Below, piece after piece: positions 31,758 to 36,145 of a stretch of DNA of 36,145 bases; the stretch's first letter is position 1, and the number at the start of each line of letters is the position of its first letter. Both the position numbers and the translations under genes were made by a program. The stretch is from IMG/VR virus record IMGVR_UViG_3300045988_006074, positions 1-36,145 of that record. The stretch is one strand, 5' to 3'. The DNA is from a virus. The notes under the pieces are model-generated. The model worked only from the letters and a program-made list of their open reading frames with translations. It was not told the DNA's origin and searched no databases.

Positions 31758-32996
31758 TTACAATAATGATTGATACGCCGTTTTCCCCGCCTTCTGGCGG
31801 AGGACGGTATAAGCAAAATAGCGGATATCGTCCATGGCGTGGTCATTCTCTTTTACGGGCCGGTCCGTCTCCGCCTTTTCATCCCATCGGTAGAGACCAA
31901 ACTCCCGAATGCAGGCGCTGCAGCTGCGGTGGATTTTGATTGTCCCGTCCTGCAAAAACCGCGCCGTCGTGTTGATTCCGGCCAGGACATCGTTTTTCGC
32001 CTTGCGGACCGGAAAGCGCTTGTGCCGCCGTATGACCTCGATGAACGACGCCGCCGACGGGTCGACGATTACCGCCTGCACAGGCTTGTCCCCGGCCAAT
32101 TGCTCCAGCGCGGTGTAATAATCCTCATCGGTTTTTTGCTGCTGTTCCCGTCGCCCGGAATAGTAATATTCCGCAACGCGGGTCGCTGTTTTGCCGTCCC
32201 AGCACCACAGCCCGGCAGAGAACGGGTTCAGCGTTCCATAGTCGCAGGAGATATAATACCGACCGCCATGCGGTGGCTTGTCCACGATGCAGCTATCGCC
32301 GAACATGGGGTAAATAAGCCCCTCCGCAACAACCCACAGGCCGCGAATGTAGCGATCATAAAAGACGCCGCTGTACATCTCCTTCGTTCGCTCGATCATC
32401 TGCGGAGTCAAAATCGGATTATCTTCCAACAGAAAGTGAATGTGCAGCGTGTTTTCCCGCTGATTTTCAATCCATTCTTTGTAAAACCAGTGCTGCGGAG
32501 ATTCGGGGTTGCAGTTGAAAAAATACTTCGGGCGTTCAAACGATATCGCACGGGACAACGCCTGTTCCACGAAGCTGCGCGGCATCAGCGCCACCTCGTC
32601 AAATAATACACCGGCCAATGTAATGCCCTGGATGAGCATATAAGAGCTTTCATCCTTGCCGCCGAACAGGTAAAACCAATTCGTCACGTCCCCACAGCGA
32701 ACCGTCAAAACCCGTGTGGAGACTTTGTATCGCATGGACAGCGCTGCACCCAAACCGTCAATTTCCATCAACGGCTTCAAAATGTTCCGCTCCGCCGCCT
32801 GCACGGTTTTTCCGCAAATGGCAAAATTGGTGTGGTTGTAATTTTCCATGGCCCACAGCACGAAGGCCATAGACATGATCGTCGTTTTGCCAGAGCGAAC
32901 AGAGCCGTCACAAATCAGCGCCAGATCATCGGAGCCGATAAAGTCCATAATCTGGCGCTGCTTTGCGGATAGCGATTTAATCCGCATTTTCTTCAC
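31758..32996 (-). CDS. terL: Terminase large subunit (PBSX/Terminase_6-like).
   Basis: The Walker A motif is CDGSVRSGKT. Other matches are ...LFDEVALMP and, in the nuclease part, DPSAASFI...DHAMDDIRYF. The start is GTG at 32996 or ATG at 32987. Confidence 0.9.
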   Translation of the reverse strand: MKKMRIKSLSAKQRQIMDFIGSDDLALICDGSVRSGKTTIMSMAFVLWAMENYNHTNFAICGKTVQAAERNILKPLMEIDGLGAALSMRYKVSTRVLTVRCGDVTNWFYLFGGKDESSYMLIQGITLAGVLFDEVALMPRSFVEQALSRAISFERPKYFFNCNPESPQHWFYKEWIENQRENTLHIHFLLEDNPILTPQMIERTKEMYSGVFYDRYIRGLWVVAEGLIYPMFGDSCIVDKPPHGGRYYISCDYGTLNPFSAGLWCWDGKTATRVAEYYYSGRREQQQKTDEDYYTALEQLAGDKPVQAVIVDPSAASFIEVIRRHKRFPVRKAKNDVLAGINTTARFLQDGTIKIHRSCSACIREFGLYRWDEKAETDRPVKENDHAMDDIRYFAYTVLRQKAGKTAYQSLL

Positions 32997-33411
32997 CCTT
33001 TAACGCCTGCACCAGCGCCGTCAGCGCCGCCGGATCGCCGCTCTTTTCGCTTTCAGCGTTCCACCCGAAGTTGCAGCCAAGGCTAAATTTCGCCCCGTTT
33101 GCACCATCCTTGTCATACAGACGCATTTCGGCATATTCCTCACATCTGGCCTTCGCGCGCGTAACCGTGTCCGCAAACTCTGGCCGTGCCTGATAGTCAA
33201 GCAGCGCTTGCCTGCCTGTAAAGCCAAGCGCAAGCGCAAGTCCCGTGATCGTCGGAGGCTTCGCGTTGATAACGATAGGAACACCATACTTGTCTCTCTG
33301 CTGTTCGCCGTCGATAATCAGCGGTTCGCCCTCACACTTTTTGAAGTAAGCGTCAACTGCCTTTTGCATCGCGCTTACACTTTTCCATTTTCTCGGCGCT
33401 CCGCCGGGCAT
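32977..33411 (-). CDS. terS: Terminase small subunit.
   Basis: PPTITGLALALGFTGRQALLDYQARPEFADTVTRAKARCEEYAE...GAKFSLGCNFGW. The RBS is GGAGGTG. Confidence 0.8.
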   Translation of the reverse strand: MPGGAPRKWKSVSAMQKAVDAYFKKCEGEPLIIDGEQQRDKYGVPIVINAKPPTITGLALALGFTGRQALLDYQARPEFADTVTRAKARCEEYAEMRLYDKDGANGAKFSLGCNFGWNAESEKSGDPAALTALVQALKGEENAD

Positions 33412-33442
33412 ACGCTCACCTCCTACTCAACTTTGAAAGGCA

Positions 33443-33472
33443 AGAGGCACCGTGAAAACTCACGATGCCTCT
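33443..33472 (-). promoter_or_regulatory. Stable hairpin in the terS 5' leader.
   Basis: AGAGGCAcCGTGA-AAAC-TCACGaTGCCTCT, 13 bp with one mismatch. It lies about 14 nt downstream of the predicted start of the 33493..33521 promoter. Confidence 0.45.
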
Positions 33473-33492
33473 GCGTCAATATTCATGATACT

Positions 33493-33521
33493 AGTATAGC
33501 ACAGAGTTTTTCGCTTGTCAC
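33493..33521 (-). promoter_or_regulatory. Candidate late promoter upstream of terS.
   Basis: The minus strand reads GTGACA (33521..33516), a 17-nt spacer, then TATACT (33498..33493). Confidence 0.4.
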
Positions 33522-33552
33522 TGCCCTAAAAGTGCCCTCGCGTGCTCTGCGT

Positions 33553-33993
33553 CTATGTCTCGCTCACACCATACAACGCAATCACGAACCGCCGAAGCGC
33601 TTTGTCCGCCCGCTTGTAAACGCTGCGCTCGTCTAAGCCCAGCATTTCCGCTATGCGCGGCATTCCACCTGAAATGCGGTGTATGTACATATCGGTTAAT
33701 AAATCCCGTTCTGCGGCGTCCAGGGCCGCGAGGGACGTATTCACGACATTGCACGCAAGCTTCACCCCGGCAAGCATCCGCTTGATCTCGTCGCGGTGGA
33801 TGATATTTGACAGCAGCTTGTCCTCCCGGGTGCTGCCTCCGCCCTGGACGGGCGTAGCGTCCGCCGTTGCACTTCGGATGTTGGTAGCCTCCAACTCCAG
33901 CCGCTGCAGCTCCTCCTGTAGGCTCTGGATTGCAGCAGCCTTTAGCGGATAATCCCGCAGCTTGTCTATCGCCTTGAATTTCCAGTATTCCAT
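33553..33993 (-). CDS. Late transcription regulator, sigma-70 region-4-like (ArpU/RinA/DUF1492-type).
   Basis: ...LDAAERDLLTDMYIHRISGGMPRIAEMLGLDERSVYKRADKALRRF. It lies immediately upstream of the packaging genes. Confidence 0.65.
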   Translation of the reverse strand: MEYWKFKAIDKLRDYPLKAAAIQSLQEELQRLELEATNIRSATADATPVQGGGSTREDKLLSNIIHRDEIKRMLAGVKLACNVVNTSLAALDAAERDLLTDMYIHRISGGMPRIAEMLGLDERSVYKRADKALRRFVIALYGVSET

Positions 33994-34002
33994 CTGGCCC
34001 TC

Positions 34003-34254
34003 CTATTTTGCGGTCGGCTCGTTCTTCCGCACCGCCCGGCTGCAATAATCCTCTGGCGTAATTGCGCCGCCGTACTCGTTGCAATAGCAGACGCCGTGTG
34101 CATTCTGCCGGAAGTTGGCGCAATTGCGGCAGCGCACCACCGGGGCAACGTCGGCAGCTGGAAGTTTTCTAATTTCCGACCACGCGGCAGCGTAATCCCC
34201 GCACGTTCGCGTCGTGATTTCCAGCGCTTCCGTGCGCTCAATGTATTCAGCCAT
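34003..34254 (-). CDS. Small Cys-rich protein, a paralogue of the N-terminal module of 35199..35492.
   Basis: MAEYIERTEALEI...IRKLPAADVAPVVRCRNCANF...GVCYCNEYG. The RBS is GGAAGGAGGG. Confidence 0.65.
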   Translation of the reverse strand: MAEYIERTEALEITTRTCGDYAAAWSEIRKLPAADVAPVVRCRNCANFRQNAHGVCYCNEYGGAITPEDYCSRAVRKNEPTAK

Positions 34255-34256
34255 TG

Positions 34257-34523
34257 TTAGCCCTCCTTCCTATGCGGTGCTCCGGGAATCCACGTCTGTC
34301 CACGGCAAGCGTAGCATATTCCGTCCTCTTTCCATGCGCCTTGACCGTGTTTGCATCTGCCGCACAACGGCATCGCTGTCATCTTTTGGCCGCAGTGTTG
34401 GCAATAATCCGTGATGCTTCTTGCATTGACGCCCTGCCCACGCCTGTATTTTGCAAAAGGCATCCACATTCCACAGCTGGTACATTGAGGCGTGTCCGCT
34501 TCATATACTTTCCACTCAGCCAT
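34257..34523 (-). CDS. Cys-rich zinc-ribbon protein.
   Basis: ...CTSCGMW...YCQHCGQKM...CGRCKHG...ICYAC. The start is ATG at 34523 or TTG at 34529. Confidence 0.6.
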   Translation of the reverse strand: MAEWKVYEADTPQCTSCGMWMPFAKYRRGQGVNARSITDYCQHCGQKMTAMPLCGRCKHGQGAWKEDGICYACRGQTWIPGAPHRKEG

Positions 34524-34728
34524 TGTCAACCATCCTGTTCCATGCTTCGATTGCTTTTTCTTTGCTGGGCAGCCCAGATACTTTCATTCTCTTTGTGTGG
34601 AGGCCATCACCAGCCCTATATCTCCCACAACCGGCATCCCACCCAAAGTCTGCTCTATCGTAGGTATCGTACATATGGATAACGGTTGCAACTCCACCGC
34701 ACTCAGGGCAGCGTTTCAATTCAGCCAT
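34516..34728 (-). CDS. Lar-family (restriction alleviation-like) zinc-ribbon protein.
   Basis: MAELKRCPECGGVATVIHM...WDAGCG...SKEKAIEAWNRM, the pattern typical of the Lar family. Confidence 0.55.
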   Translation of the reverse strand: MAELKRCPECGGVATVIHMYDTYDRADFGWDAGCGRYRAGDGLHTKRMKVSGLPSKEKAIEAWNRMVDNG

Positions 34729-35224
34729 CCTTCATCGCCTCCAATGCTTTTTCTCCCTCCGGCGAGAGGAGAGTAATCTTTCCGTGCTCCACGAGGCCGC
34801 GGAACACGCCGTATCCCATGTAAAAGACGATACCGACGCTGCTCTGGTACTGGACGCAGGGCGCCACGTTCTTCATAACCCACGGTCGTTCAAAATGCTC
34901 CTGGCAAAGCATCGACCGCCCAGGCTCCAGCGGCAGGAGGAAGAGCCTGCCTTCCTTGTCTGCCTCGGCAAGCTCGCGCAGGCGGGTATAACTGCAAATG
35001 CCCTCCAAATTAGAAAAACGCATCAACTTCAGTGTGATCTCGTCTATCTTATCTTTCGGCAGGACTTCCTCCGGCTCAAGCCCCGTGTCCTCGTAGGCTC
35101 TCAGCCTCTCCCAAACCTTCCGCTGGGAGCAGGCGCCGTCCTCGCAGAAGCTTCCGCCGGGTATTTCTGTGCATTGTGCAATGTCGCAGAAATTTCCTTC
35201 AAACGTCAGGCGTTTCATTGCCAT
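34721..35224 (-). CDS. Hypothetical protein with a Cys-rich N-terminal module.
   Basis: An ATG at 35224 follows GGAAAGGA. The protein reads MAMKRLTFEGNFCDIAQCTEIPGGSFCEDGACSQRKVWERLRAYEDTGLEPEEV... Confidence 0.65.
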   Translation of the reverse strand: MAMKRLTFEGNFCDIAQCTEIPGGSFCEDGACSQRKVWERLRAYEDTGLEPEEVLPKDKIDEITLKLMRFSNLEGICSYTRLRELAEADKEGRLFLLPLEPGRSMLCQEHFERPWVMKNVAPCVQYQSSVGIVFYMGYGVFRGLVEHGKITLLSPEGEKALEAMKDG

Positions 35225-35492
35225 CACCGTCCTTTCCGTCCATCCTCGCGCCGCATCTGGGGCAGTATTTATGCCTGCTTGCTGGAATATTTCCAAAAGT
35301 GATCCGATATCCAATGCCGCAACGAGTGCAGTACCAAGAAGAACCTCGCTTTTCCCACCGCCCATGCACCACCGGCGCAACGTCGGCGGCCGGAATCTCG
35401 CATAGCGCACGCCGCGCGCCGTAATAATCGCTAGAGTTTATCTGCAGCGCCCTGATTGCCTCATAGCGCGTAATGTAATCATTCGCTTTCAC
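35199..35492 (-). CDS. Small zinc-ribbon protein.
   Basis: A GTG start follows GGAGGTGA. The protein reads ...YITRYEAIRAL...CEIPAADVAPVVHGRWE...YCTRCG...KYCPRCGARM. Confidence 0.65.
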   Translation of the reverse strand: MKANDYITRYEAIRALQINSSDYYGARRALCEIPAADVAPVVHGRWEKRGSSWYCTRCGIGYRITFGNIPASRHKYCPRCGARMDGKDGDGNETPDV

Positions 35493-36145
35493 TGTTCGTC
35501 ACCTCCACTGGCCTTGTCCTCTATTCTTGTTAATTCCTCACGCAGCGCCCGGAAGATCGGGTATGCCTGCTGCGGCACTACCGCATTCCCAAGGCACTTG
35601 GTTCTCTGCGCGCGATTTTTTATGCCGGTCGCCACAGGTGGGGCACTCGGCGCTTTATCCCAAATATTCAGCATTCCGTCCACCCAGCAGGAAAGCTCAT
35701 CAGCCATTCCACCCATTCCGGATTCAGTTGCCCGCCAATGTCCGTGCGTAAGCTCCTGCCATTGTTCCCGCCGCTCGTTCCCTGCGCATCCCCTGCGCAG
35801 GGCGTTGCGTACATCACAGTTCCTTTCAGATTCCCGTGCTTTAAATCGTGCGCTGCTCCCTCGGAGCCACGAGGGCCGCTCCCCTTGTAGTCGCTCGCCT
35901 TCGGTGTGGGCCACATCTTCGCGATTTCTGATGGTGTCGGCGTCCTCCCGCGGCGATACGCCCCGCTCCTCTCCCTTGCGCAAGCCGTTGGCGTTCCGAT
36001 CAGCGAGCCCGACGAAGAACACACGAGATCGTCTGTGCCGTGCTCCGATAGCCGCAGCTTCAAAATTGAACACGACGACGTGATACCCAGCACGCTCCAG
36101 ATCCTTGACCACCTGCCCGGCGGCAATCTTGATGATTCCAGGTAC
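35489..36145 (-). pseudogene. C5 methyltransferase, C-terminal part. The canonical motifs are split over two reading frames (A, then B, then A).
   Basis: Frame A reads ...HRRSRVFFVG (motif VI) and, at the end, KCLGNAVVPQQAYPIF (motif X). Frame B (35916..35668) reads MWPTPKASDYKGSGP...RSLRTDIGGQLNPEWVEWLMSFPAGWTEC and then a stop. Both frames stay open across the overlap. Confidence 0.7.
36091..36145. repeat. Terminal direct repeat, copy 2. Identical to 1..55.
   Basis: Exact 55-nt identity with the window start. Confidence 0.9.

Noticed and set aside
33412-33552. The hairpin at 33443..33472 read as an intrinsic terminator between the late regulator and terS.
   Set aside because: On the minus strand the stem is followed by UGCCUUUC rather than a U-run, and it lies downstream of a promoter-like GTGACA-17-TATACT. 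It was recorded as a leader hairpin instead.

Overview
The window is a complete, circularly permuted temperate siphovirus-type (Caudoviricetes) genome of about 36.09 kb, or an excised prophage. The host looks like a high-GC Firmicutes/Clostridia organism; this is inferred from composition, SD-type RBSs and gene families, with no database search. Bases 1-55 are identical to 36091-36145, which is an assembly overlap, and a C5 DNA methyltransferase gene runs across that junction.

Almost everything is on the minus strand. Read in transcription order:
- Cro-like regulator at 8656, then an early/recombination module running 8233 down to 387. It holds an HTH/excisionase-like protein, small Cys-rich proteins, YqaJ exonuclease, RecT, a GAANAGxx-repeat protein, SSB, an Hjc-like resolvase, a MazG-like protein, DUF3310, an HTH_39 protein and a replication-organiser-like protein with iteron-like repeats.
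- The methyltransferase across the junction, then a block of Cys-rich small proteins that includes a Lar-like protein, then a sigma-region-4/ArpU-like late regulator.
- Packaging and head genes: TerS, TerL, portal, and a MuF/gp7 protein with a foreign C-terminal domain. Two terminator-bounded insert cassettes follow, then scaffold, major capsid and connectors.
- Tail genes: major tail protein, G/GT chaperone, tape measure, Dit, and a Tal/fibre protein.
- Lysis genes: holin and amidase. A small HTH gene and a strong terminator follow.
- A separate six- to seven-gene accessory cluster at 15051..12712.

The plus strand carries the lysogeny module: an XRE repressor-like gene, a low-GC island of small or membrane-anchored proteins, and a tyrosine integrase. 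Next to the integrase is an attP that contains a tRNA 3' fragment, arm-type repeats and a terminator.

The observations most worth following up are:
- The MuF C-terminal His...Cys domain together with the low-GC downstream gene (toxin/immunity-like).
- The unusually long (about 480 nt) switch region, with face-to-face consensus promoters and a 16-bp inverted repeat closing a structured leader.
- The hypervariable 24-bp repeat array in the gene between ssb and recT.
- The post-lysis accessory cluster.
- Two genes that need frame changes: the methyltransferase and the first accessory gene.

All functional calls rest on motif recognition by eye.
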